Assembly: GCA_046582655.1 (NCBI GenBank)
Contig: JAYGDX010000201.1
Location: 9,278 to 73,277 of the forward strand
Origin: Candidatus Poribacteria bacterium
GTDB lineage: Bacteria > Poribacteria > WGA-4E > UBA9662
Direction of reading: 5' to 3'
Length of the DNA: 64,000 bases
The notes beneath the pieces are model-generated. The model did no database searches. It had not been told where the DNA came from and was given only the letters and a program-made list of their open reading frames with translations. This document shows, one piece after another, positions 1-8,499 of the stretch (positions are counted from its first letter, which is position 1; each line of letters starts with the position of its first letter). Position numbers and translations under genes: made by a program.

Positions 1-1356
1 AATCCCAAGTTTATTCAACCTGAAACGCGTCGAAATGAGATTATGGGAGTACTGAAGGCTGGATTGAAAGATATCAGTATCTCCCGCTCGTCGGTGGAAT
101 GGGGGATTCCGTTGCCATTTGATTCTAGCCAGAATATCTATGTCTGGGTTGAAGCGTTGTGCAATTATATTACCGCGCTTGACTACTGTGAAGATGGAGA
201 CCTATATCATAGATTTTGGCCGGCAAATGTGCACATGATGGCCAAGGAGATTATCCGTTTCCATGTTATCATCTGGCCGGCCATGCTTATGGCAGTTGAG
301 CATCCTCTTCCAGAGCGTATCTTTGCTCACGGCTGGATGACCAAAGATGGAGAGAAAATCAGTAAAACCACCGGCAACGTTATTGATATAGATGGGCTAA
401 TCGACGACTTTGGTCTTGATCCGTTTCGTTATTTCTTCATGCGTGAATTTAGTTTCGGCAATGATGGGGATTATACGCAAGAACGTTTTGAAACACGGTA
501 TAATGCGGATCTGGCAAATGATCTCGGAAATCTCTTGAATCGGGCACTTGGCTTGCTGGGGAAAAATTTTGAGGCCTTACCTGCACCAACCAAGTCGGGT
601 GAATTTGATGCTGAGATCAAGGAGATGGCAGTTCAATTGATTGGTCAGGTCGATCGTTTGATGGAATCTATTGCTTTTGATACCGCACTGGAAACCATCT
701 TTGAATATGTTCGACGGATCAATCGTTACATTCAGCAAACCGAAGTTTGGTCACTCAAAGATGACCTCGAACGAATGGGTACCATTCTCTATCATGCAAT
801 GGAAGGCTTACGTGTAGTATCGGTGTTGCTTTTACCATTTATGCCGGAAATTTCGGTTAGAATTTTTCAGCAACTGGGGCTTGGAGATTCCTCTCAGGAT
901 CTTGGTTCAATAGGTGAATGGGGTGGTTTGCCTCCTGGTCTCCCGATTCACAAACCGATACCCCTATTTCCGAAAAAAGACGCACCGTCCAAAAAGGAAA
1001 CAGCAAAAGATCCTGGACCAGTAAATGAAAGCAATCTCATTACAATCGACAAAGTAAAGGAAACCGATTTACGTGTTTGTCAGATAATTGAAGCAGAGAA
1101 AGTAAAAGGTGCCGATAGACTGCTGAAATTAAGGGTGAATTTGGGGCAGGAGCAACGCCAGGTTATCGCTGGTATAGCCCAGAGTTATGAGCCTGAAGAT
1201 TTAATCGGCAAACAGGTGATTTTAGTAGCCAATTTGACACCTGCAAGAATTCGCGGATTGGAATCGCAGGGGATGTTACTGGCTGCAGTCAACAAGAAGA
1301 ATCTATCGCTTCTTACTTTGGATAAGGCTATTCCTAACGGTGCGAAAGTTCAATAA
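1..1356 (+). CDS. metG: Methionine--tRNA ligase, 5'-truncated by the window, with C-terminal tRNA-binding (OB) domain
   Basis: The frame is open from the window start. Motifs: DISISR..WGIP, YVWVEALCNY, KISKT (KMSKS-like), NADLANDLGNL, and a C-terminal tRNA-binding domain (DLRVCQI..ADRLLKL..ESQGMLL). Confidence 0.97.
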   Translation, partial: NPKFIQPETRRNEIMGVLKAGLKDISISRSSVEWGIPLPFDSSQNIYVWVEALCNYITALDYCEDGDLYHRFWPANVHMMAKEIIRFHVIIWPAMLMAVEHPLPERIFAHGWMTKDGEKISKTTGNVIDIDGLIDDFGLDPFRYFFMREFSFGNDGDYTQERFETRYNADLANDLGNLLNRALGLLGKNFEALPAPTKSGEFDAEIKEMAVQLIGQVDRLMESIAFDTALETIFEYVRRINRYIQQTEVWSLKDDLERMGTILYHAMEGLRVVSVLLLPFMPEISVRIFQQLGLGDSSQDLGSIGEWGGLPPGLPIHKPIPLFPKKDAPSKKETAKDPGPVNESNLITIDKVKETDLRVCQIIEAEKVKGADRLLKLRVNLGQEQRQVIAGIAQSYEPEDLIGKQVILVANLTPARIRGLESQGMLLAAVNKKNLSLLTLDKAIPNGAKVQ

Positions 1357-1365
1357 TCGATTGAT

Positions 1366-2925
1366 CTATATCATTTTCTGAACAGGAAAATCGAAATCGG
1401 CAACTTTCATAATACCCATCGCGTCGTCGACATACTCAGGACGCCGCATCCCGTTTAATACGACGGAAACACTTGGCGATGAAGAGACGAAATTCAGCGC
1501 TTTTTGTGACATTGTCAATTTTTTTTCATGTTCAGATAGATGTGGGTCTAAACGATCTTCAATGGGTTGGGTTTGCTGAAAATCGGCTTGATTGAATTTC
1601 AGCGTGATGAAGGACAGAATCTTTTCAACATCTTTGGCGTATTGATCGACTTGAGCGATTAATTTTTTCTGCTGTGCGTCGGATAATTTCTGCGTAGTGT
1701 TCTTAATCCAGTGATTAACCCGAGGAATCAAGTAGCGCTGTGCGATTTGTAACCAGTGGTCCCTGCCTTCTATTTGGTTGACGATGTTGTCCAAAAGAAC
1801 CCCCATACTAAAAAATGGATCCTGATTCCTTTCGTCAGAATCATCTAGGTTACCCACGGACCTAAGCTGGGTTCGTAATTTGTCTTCCTGTTCACTAAGT
1901 ATTTCAATGCTAGCTTTAACTTGAGCCGTATAATCAAATTGTGGTTCGTGCGGGTATCTAGCTAAACGGTACAGCCGATCTTCGGTAAAAGCGTTTAGTG
2001 GCCTATTGACCAGAACTCCGATGTTTATGGCTTTTGCCATTTCAAGAACAGTTAACGTTTCGTCTTCAAATTGATTGTTTTTTTCCAGTAAAGCACCCGT
2101 TTCCAGTAAATTATAGGGGAGTTGGATGACTTTGAAATGGCTAACGTTTGGGGCCCCATGGATAGTTTCAGCAGCTTTCAAAGCTTCTGCGTGAACTCGA
2201 CTCAAGGAAACATGTTCGAAATCGTGTTGCGGTGCGACAAACGTGTTAGCAGAAACGCCAAAGAACTGGATCTTTTCTTCTTCAACAAAACGCTCCATTT
2301 GTACGAAAGCCTGAAAGATTCGTCGATAGAACTCATCCCGTAATTGTGATAGGAACTCCCGATTTCCTGTTTTTTTCGCTTCGGACAAAAAGTACTCCGG
2401 ATTATGTAGAAGGTAAACATCTATGGTACCAACTTGTAATCGATCCGCACTTTTTTGCCATTGATCAATCAGGAAGTCTGGATGAATGCAATGCCAACAT
2501 CCATCAGTATATTTGACAATTTCAGGCCAAGGCTGATCCCTTTTCTCGAGTTTTATAGCTTGATCAAGATTATCCCCTTGGATGTAACCAGTTTTTGAAA
2601 CCAGGATGATCTCATCACGTTCAACTTCCCCCTGATTAATCATCTTAGTCAGCGCACTTCCAATCAAGCATTCACTCGCGCCATTTGTATAATTACTGGA
2701 AGTATCTATAATATTACAGCCAGAACGCATAGAATCTTCTAGCGACTCGATATGTTCATCCACCTGCTGATCGACACGATATGATCCATATCCCACTTTT
2801 GAAACCATCAAGTTTGTACCACCGAGACAACGATAAGAAGTTTGATTGTAGGTAGAGAATTCTTGCATCATACGGTTAACAAAACGTTGTGTTCCTTCTG
2901 CGGAGGCATTCCCTTTTTTTAACAT
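1366..2925 (-). CDS. Aldo/keto reductase family protein with a helical insertion
   Basis: VSKVGYGSYR, IDTSSNYTNGASE, SKTGY, IDVYLLHNPE, IQLPYNLLE, VLNGMRRPEYV. Confidence 0.85.
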   Translation of the reverse strand: MLKKGNASAEGTQRFVNRMMQEFSTYNQTSYRCLGGTNLMVSKVGYGSYRVDQQVDEHIESLEDSMRSGCNIIDTSSNYTNGASECLIGSALTKMINQGEVERDEIILVSKTGYIQGDNLDQAIKLEKRDQPWPEIVKYTDGCWHCIHPDFLIDQWQKSADRLQVGTIDVYLLHNPEYFLSEAKKTGNREFLSQLRDEFYRRIFQAFVQMERFVEEEKIQFFGVSANTFVAPQHDFEHVSLSRVHAEALKAAETIHGAPNVSHFKVIQLPYNLLETGALLEKNNQFEDETLTVLEMAKAINIGVLVNRPLNAFTEDRLYRLARYPHEPQFDYTAQVKASIEILSEQEDKLRTQLRSVGNLDDSDERNQDPFFSMGVLLDNIVNQIEGRDHWLQIAQRYLIPRVNHWIKNTTQKLSDAQQKKLIAQVDQYAKDVEKILSFITLKFNQADFQQTQPIEDRLDPHLSEHEKKLTMSQKALNFVSSSPSVSVVLNGMRRPEYVDDAMGIMKVADFDFPVQKMI

Positions 2926-2951
2926 CGTTCTTCTCTCGCTTCATCAGTTGC

Positions 2952-4349
2952 TTAAAATGGAAAATCAATTCGATGAAAAGTGTTAATTTCAAGAGTTGGG
3001 TAGCTTTTTCGCATTCCATTGGGCCATTGAATTTCGATTTCATCAACTTGGCTCAACTTTCCTAACCCAAAGTGAGCAACAGGTTCCATTTGTCCTAGAT
3101 AACTACTGCCGGCATCAATATGTTTGATTTTTATTTGATTTTTTGCTCTTAGTCGTACAAGAGAACCTCTTGCTGGAGCGCCATATTGCGTCAGCGGCAT
3201 AATGCGAATCCAGTTGTTGCAGTTGACGGATTTATAGAGTGATAATGCCTGCGGTTCCAGTTCACCATGAGAAACAAGTAACTCAAGAGTACCGTCACTG
3301 TCATAATCCCAAACTGCGGCACCGGTGCCATACCCGTTTGGCTCGGTTGCCGTGCCAAGTTCAACACGTCTCCATTCACCATCAATTCTCTTGAAAAGCC
3401 GATTGGGCTGATTGATGTTGTTAAAAAATATTTCATCATCTCCATCATTATCCAAATCAGCAGCAATAACTGTTCGAATTGCGGATGGTTCTGCCAGATT
3501 TGGTGGGGCCTGGTTGACGAATTTATCGTTAATCTTCACGAACATGCGGTGTGGACCGTTCCAGTTACCATAGACCAGATCTAAGACACCGTCCCCATTC
3601 ACATCCAAGGCAGAAACTCCGCGGACGTCCTCATAAGTATCCTGAACACCAAATCTCTTTGCCATCTCGGTAAATTGACCGTTTCCCTGGTTGATAAACA
3701 GGTAATTTGCCCCCATTTCGTTGCCAGCAAAAAGATCTGTCTTATCTGAATGTATTGGAAAGGCGATTAAGCTTCTGCCACCAGTAACCATGTTCATTCC
3801 AAGTTCTGGAGCAATATCACGAAGATAGTTGTTATTATCCATCTCGTAATATTTCATTGGGGAAGCATAATTAGCAATAAAAAAACCATATTGTCCGTCT
3901 CCAGTACGATCAATACAGGCAACAGATCTACCTGCCCCAACGTTCCTTATGTTTTTATGAATGCTAAGTTCAAAGAGATCGATGAACTTAGCATTTTCAA
4001 AACTGATTAATCGGTCGAAAAACTGGTTTTCTCCTCCAAATGTGTCTGTATTGAGAAAATATATTTCTTCTTGGCCATCACCATCAATATCTCCTCCGGC
4101 TACGCCTATTGCGTTCATTTCTTCGTCACTGAGCAAACCAGTGGCAACATTTACTAGTTTTTCACCGTCACGTTTTAGGATTACATTTGGATATCCGAAC
4201 CCCATCACCACGGCTTCAAATTCGTCGTCTGTATCAATGTCTATAATTGCGATTCCATAATTCAGTTGTTCTGAATTATCTTCAATCAAGTGTGTAATTT
4301 CGCGAAAAAACAGTTGAGAGGTTAAACGATGGGTACCATTAGCTCTCAC
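2952..4349 (-). CDS. CRTAC1-family protein (FG-GAP repeats plus ASPIC/UnbV domain)
   Basis: Repeated D-x-D/N-x-D-G Ca-binding loops (DIDGDG, DVNGDG, DLDNDG, DYDSDG) and C-terminal GSSYLGQMEPVAHFGLG..IQWPNG. Confidence 0.9.
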   Translation of the reverse strand: MRANGTHRLTSQLFFREITHLIEDNSEQLNYGIAIIDIDTDDEFEAVVMGFGYPNVILKRDGEKLVNVATGLLSDEEMNAIGVAGGDIDGDGQEEIYFLNTDTFGGENQFFDRLISFENAKFIDLFELSIHKNIRNVGAGRSVACIDRTGDGQYGFFIANYASPMKYYEMDNNNYLRDIAPELGMNMVTGGRSLIAFPIHSDKTDLFAGNEMGANYLFINQGNGQFTEMAKRFGVQDTYEDVRGVSALDVNGDGVLDLVYGNWNGPHRMFVKINDKFVNQAPPNLAEPSAIRTVIAADLDNDGDDEIFFNNINQPNRLFKRIDGEWRRVELGTATEPNGYGTGAAVWDYDSDGTLELLVSHGELEPQALSLYKSVNCNNWIRIMPLTQYGAPARGSLVRLRAKNQIKIKHIDAGSSYLGQMEPVAHFGLGKLSQVDEIEIQWPNGMRKSYPTLEINTFHRIDFPF

Positions 4350-4394
4350 TATGAGTCTCCAAGTATTATAGTCTGTGCCTCGTGCTTGTCTAGT

Positions 4395-5216
4395 CTAGGT
4401 TATGCTGACACAGAGAAACAATTCTTCCCGTTTCTCGTCTGTTAAATACGATCCGTACTCTGAAGTTTCAAAAGCTTCGGCGTATTGAATTTTTCCACCT
4501 TGTTGTTGACCATAAAGTTTGATCAACAAATCGCGGTGTGTGTCAGCGATCCGCCTGAATCGGTCTAAGCGCTGTTGAGCAAGCCATTCGCGTCTGTCTA
4601 TTGGATTTTCTGGAACTTGATCAAGTCTGCCGGCATTGTAGGGTAGCCATTCGTAAAATTGCGATTCATGGCAGTGCAACATATCAAGTTTCTGTTCGAC
4701 CACATTATCAATGTTTATAGCCACATCAGGTTGAAATGGACACGGCTTTGAGAAACGGTCATGAGTATACATGATTATTGGATTCTGGTCTAGATGACGG
4801 ACGAAAGGACAGATATTGGGAACTGTGACCATATAGGCAGCATCTTGGACTAGAATAGAGGTATAACGGTGGTCTGGATGATAATCATTGGGTCTGTGCG
4901 TCATAACCAGATCGGGTTGAAACTGACGAATTAGTTCAATTGTTTGATATCGATTTTCAAGAGTTGGTTCAAGACGGCCATCACCATTATCCAATAGTTG
5001 GTATTCGATTCCTATAACCTCCGCAGCGGCTTGCGCTTCGGCATTACGTCGCTGTGCCAAAGACGCTCCCCCCATTTGGTGATGTCCTGCATCTCCATTG
5101 GTCATGGAAACGAATTTAACCTTGTGCCCATGCTTGGTGTATAATGCGGCCAGACCACCAGTCTGGATATCGCAGTCATCAGGGTGGGCTCCAAAAACTA
5201 AAAGCTTAAGTGACAT
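4395..5216 (-). CDS. PIG-L/LmbE family deacetylase
   Basis: GAHPDD, TNGDAG, HPDH, CHESQ, YAEAF. Confidence 0.92.
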   Translation of the reverse strand: MSLKLLVFGAHPDDCDIQTGGLAALYTKHGHKVKFVSMTNGDAGHHQMGGASLAQRRNAEAQAAAEVIGIEYQLLDNGDGRLEPTLENRYQTIELIRQFQPDLVMTHRPNDYHPDHRYTSILVQDAAYMVTVPNICPFVRHLDQNPIIMYTHDRFSKPCPFQPDVAINIDNVVEQKLDMLHCHESQFYEWLPYNAGRLDQVPENPIDRREWLAQQRLDRFRRIADTHRDLLIKLYGQQQGGKIQYAEAFETSEYGSYLTDEKREELFLCVSIT

Positions 5217-5352
5217 CTATCCAACCTCTCCGTTCATTTCCTGTAACAACTAAGAATATCATCCTTTCAGTCATATCTCAACACATTTGTAGATATCCAT
5301 GTAGGCAGATTAGCGTCTCCCAAAGTTAGGGCGTATTACTATAACTATAATG

Positions 5353-5381
5353 TTGTCTGGTATTTCTGTTTTTGCTATAAT
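5353..5381 (+). promoter_or_regulatory. Putative sigma-70 promoter (TTGTCT-N17-TATAAT with extended -10 TG)
   Basis: ttgtct at 5353, 17-nt spacer, tataat at 5376-5381, upstream of the 5473 CDS. Confidence 0.5.
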
Positions 5382-5472
5382 TCCAGCATCCGGTTGGGTA
5401 AGGAACTAGGATTTGATCAATAGTAAAGATATAACGGTGTAAATTATATCCGTTCTCGGTTTTACGTGTGTT

Positions 5473-6462
5473 ATGAAGGTTATTTTGCGAGTTTCTATTT
5501 TTGGGCTATTGCTTCCTATTGTATTAATAGTTGGTTGCAGCAAGAAGGAAGACGAGAAGGTAAAGCAACCTGAGATAAAATACGACCAAACCATTATAAG
5601 TGACAAAGATGGTAGCCATATGAAGTATATTCCAGGTGGAGAGTTTGAGATGGGAGATTACCTTAGAGAAGGCAATAAAAACGAACTGCCGAAACATCAA
5701 GTCTACCTGCATTCATTCTACATGGATATCGGCGAAGTAACAGTTGGTCAATACAGGAAATTTCTAGAAGAAAAATATAGTAATAACCTGGAAGATAGAG
5801 ATAGCAGTGAATCAATTTTCTCTCAACCAGGTTGGGGGGAAATTGAGGGGTATTCTACAACGGATCAGCATCCAATGATATATGTGAGTTGGTACGATGC
5901 CATGCAGTATGCTACTTGGGCGGGAAAAAGGTTGCCAACCGAAGCCGAATGGGAATATGCAGCCCGTGGCGGCCAAATTGGCTTACGCTATCCGTGGGGC
6001 AACTATTTAGACATGACGTTGGCAAATTACGGGAGTGGTGTTGGAGGCACATCATCTCCTGGCGCCTATGCACCTAGACTCGCAGGGCCACCACCGTCTG
6101 GCGCACCTGCACCGAGAACACTGAAGGAGGATGATTTGGAAAAAAAGGCGGCCAGTTATGGGTTAAAGAACATGGCGGCAAATGTATCTGAGTGGTGCTT
6201 AGATGAATGGGATGCTGATTTCTATCAGAAATGTAAAGATAATGAAGATGTTAGGAAGGGGCCTACCCGCAACCCATTTTCTGGAGGCAAAATTGTCGAC
6301 ATCATGAAGGGTTTTTCTGCTATCACCACACCTCGTGTTTTACGAGGTGGTGCTTGGAATAGCTATAATTTTCGTGTGCGGGTTTCTTATCGAAATGGCG
6401 TTCCTCCAAAATTTACTAGCAATAACGTAGGGTTCCGTTGTGTCAAGGATGCATTCCCTTGA
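5473..6462 (+). CDS. FGE-sulfatase/SUMF1 domain lipoprotein
   Basis: Lipobox IVGC; IPGGEFEMG, EVTVGQY, VSWYDA, KRLPTEAEWEYAARGG, NVSEWC, RVLRGGAW, GFRCV. Confidence 0.9.
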   Translation: MKVILRVSIFGLLLPIVLIVGCSKKEDEKVKQPEIKYDQTIISDKDGSHMKYIPGGEFEMGDYLREGNKNELPKHQVYLHSFYMDIGEVTVGQYRKFLEEKYSNNLEDRDSSESIFSQPGWGEIEGYSTTDQHPMIYVSWYDAMQYATWAGKRLPTEAEWEYAARGGQIGLRYPWGNYLDMTLANYGSGVGGTSSPGAYAPRLAGPPPSGAPAPRTLKEDDLEKKAASYGLKNMAANVSEWCLDEWDADFYQKCKDNEDVRKGPTRNPFSGGKIVDIMKGFSAITTPRVLRGGAWNSYNFRVRVSYRNGVPPKFTSNNVGFRCVKDAFP

Positions 6463-6573
6463 TACTTGAGTCGCATTCTTTCACGTTGTTTATCCTTGTT
6501 CGTTGGTGAAGACCAAAAGGATATTATCTTGATAAATTATACTTCGAATTGTGTGGAAAATGGGGATTCAATA

Positions 6574-7308
6574 ATGCCAGGAATACAGATTCCGTCCAAT
6601 ATTAAGAACCAATATCAAAATAATGGATATGTCTTAATTAAGCAGCTGTTTTCAATGCAAGAGTGTGACAAATTGATCCAACGTTCGTTAGCATTGCATG
6701 CCAGAAAGTCAGTTCCAGGATGCTTCCACAGCGTACTGGAATCGGAATCGGATGGCGATCCACTCCGAACCTATCCGCGGATGATGCATCCCCATCGTGT
6801 CGATGATCTCTCTCTTCATTTTCTGAAACATCCGCGAATTGTCGAGGTTCTTCGGGTTCTACTGGGTAGTGAGGCAATCGGACTGCAAACAATGTTCTAC
6901 TGGAAACCACCTGGTGCACGGGGGCAGGACTTCCATCAAGATGACTATTACCTTCGGACAGAACCGAATGCCTGTATCGCTGCCTGGATGGCCTTGGATT
7001 ATATTGATGAAGAAAATGGGGGGTTGGTTGTGTTACCAGGATCGAACGCTGAGGACATTCTGTCAATGGGCCCGATAGACACCAGCCGATCTTTCACCGA
7101 TACTGCGGTTCAACCACCTGATCAGTATGCCGAACATCTGGTTGAAATGGAGAAAGGAGACTTACTCTTCTTTCATGGACGATTAATTCATGGATCAAGA
7201 CCGAATCGTTCAAGTACACGATTCCGAAAAGCCTTCATCTGTCACTATATTCCGGCGGATTCAACCAGTTATAATACTGGTTATGATCCAATAGTTCCCT
7301 TGAATTGA
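6574..7308 (+). CDS. Phytanoyl-CoA dioxygenase (PhyH) family Fe/2OG oxygenase
   Basis: NGYVLIKQLFS, KPPG..FHQDDYY, AWMALD..ENGGL.VLPGS, GDLLFFHGRLIHGS.PN. ATG 6574 chosen over the upstream TTG start. Confidence 0.9.
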   Translation: MPGIQIPSNIKNQYQNNGYVLIKQLFSMQECDKLIQRSLALHARKSVPGCFHSVLESESDGDPLRTYPRMMHPHRVDDLSLHFLKHPRIVEVLRVLLGSEAIGLQTMFYWKPPGARGQDFHQDDYYLRTEPNACIAAWMALDYIDEENGGLVVLPGSNAEDILSMGPIDTSRSFTDTAVQPPDQYAEHLVEMEKGDLLFFHGRLIHGSRPNRSSTRFRKAFICHYIPADSTSYNTGYDPIVPLN

Positions 7309-7329
7309 GGGCTGTTACCAGCCTTTAAA

Positions 7330-8499
7330 ATGAAGACAAATATTTGGAGTAAAACAATGAATGGAAATACCTATCGAGTGGCTATTCTAGGGTGTCGGGG
7401 AAGAGGGCAAGCTGCTGCTTTAGCATATTATGATCATCCTCGTACTAAAATTGTTGGTCTGTGTGATCTGATTGAGGACCGTTTAGATACGCTTGGCCAG
7501 CAGGTTGATGTTAATGGACGCTTTACAGATTTAAATGAGATGATTGATCAAACGTCACCCGATATCGTCGCTATCCCAACTGGAACCGAATTTCATTATG
7601 GTCTATGTATGCATGTGTTGGAACATGGCGTCCATATTGAAGTTGAAAAACCGATGTGTATTGACTTGGTTCAAGCCGATGATGTTATCTCGAAAGCAGA
7701 ATTTCAAGGCAGCAAAGTGGCTGTGCATCATCAAGGTCGGGTGAGTCCGGCCATGCAGGCGATACAACATGCCGTCGATGAAGGGAAGATTGGTAAAATA
7801 CGCTACATATACGGTAGCGGCAAGGGATATTACGGTGGATACGGTCTGATGAATATCGGTACACATATGATCAACAATATGCTCAGATTTGGAGGTGTCT
7901 GTCGAAGCGTCGTCGCTCAGGCGACAACAAAAGGTCAACCGATCACTCCGCAAAATGTGGTTCCATCGCCGAGTGGTATGGGAACAATCGCGTGTGAACA
8001 TCTTACCGCCACTCTTCAATTTGATGATGATGTCACTGCGACATTACTGCAGCATCGGTTCGATAGAATGGATACTTCTGCTTATGTAATGGAGATATAC
8101 GGCAGCGAAGGACGTCTTTTTTGGAAGGGAAGTAGCGCATGGTGGCTACCGCAGCCGCACTATCTGCCAAATGGTCAACAATGGGAAGATCTCGATCTTA
8201 TATTTCCAGATCACTATAAATCAGAAAACCGATCAGATCCGGAGGATTATTGTTTTGTTGATGATTATGTTCGCGCACTTGATAAAGATGATGAACACGA
8301 ATGCAGTGGTTATCAAGGTCGGCATGTACTCGAAGTTATGATGGGGATTTTTGAATCAGCGGCTTATAGAAGGCGGGTTGACCTCCCACAAACAGATCGG
8401 GGACATCCGTTGTTGCGTTGGCGTTCTGAAGCTGGCTTAGGGGATTTGGAACCACTGCCGCGTGATTATGGAAATTGGTTGTCGACTCAAGTTGATTAA
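7330..8499 (+). CDS. Gfo/Idh/MocA family oxidoreductase
   Basis: N-terminal Rossmann ILGCRGRG, VEKPM, NIGTH. The 3' end overlaps the convergent uxaA-like gene by 4 nt. Confidence 0.88.
   Translation: MKTNIWSKTMNGNTYRVAILGCRGRGQAAALAYYDHPRTKIVGLCDLIEDRLDTLGQQVDVNGRFTDLNEMIDQTSPDIVAIPTGTEFHYGLCMHVLEHGVHIEVEKPMCIDLVQADDVISKAEFQGSKVAVHHQGRVSPAMQAIQHAVDEGKIGKIRYIYGSGKGYYGGYGLMNIGTHMINNMLRFGGVCRSVVAQATTKGQPITPQNVVPSPSGMGTIACEHLTATLQFDDDVTATLLQHRFDRMDTSAYVMEIYGSEGRLFWKGSSAWWLPQPHYLPNGQQWEDLDLIFPDHYKSENRSDPEDYCFVDDYVRALDKDDEHECSGYQGRHVLEVMMGIFESAAYRRRVDLPQTDRGHPLLRWRSEAGLGDLEPLPRDYGNWLSTQVD

Noticed and set aside
6330..6462. FGE-sulfatase C-terminus as a diversity-generating retroelement target
   Set aside because: I saw no template repeat copy or reverse transcriptase in this window.
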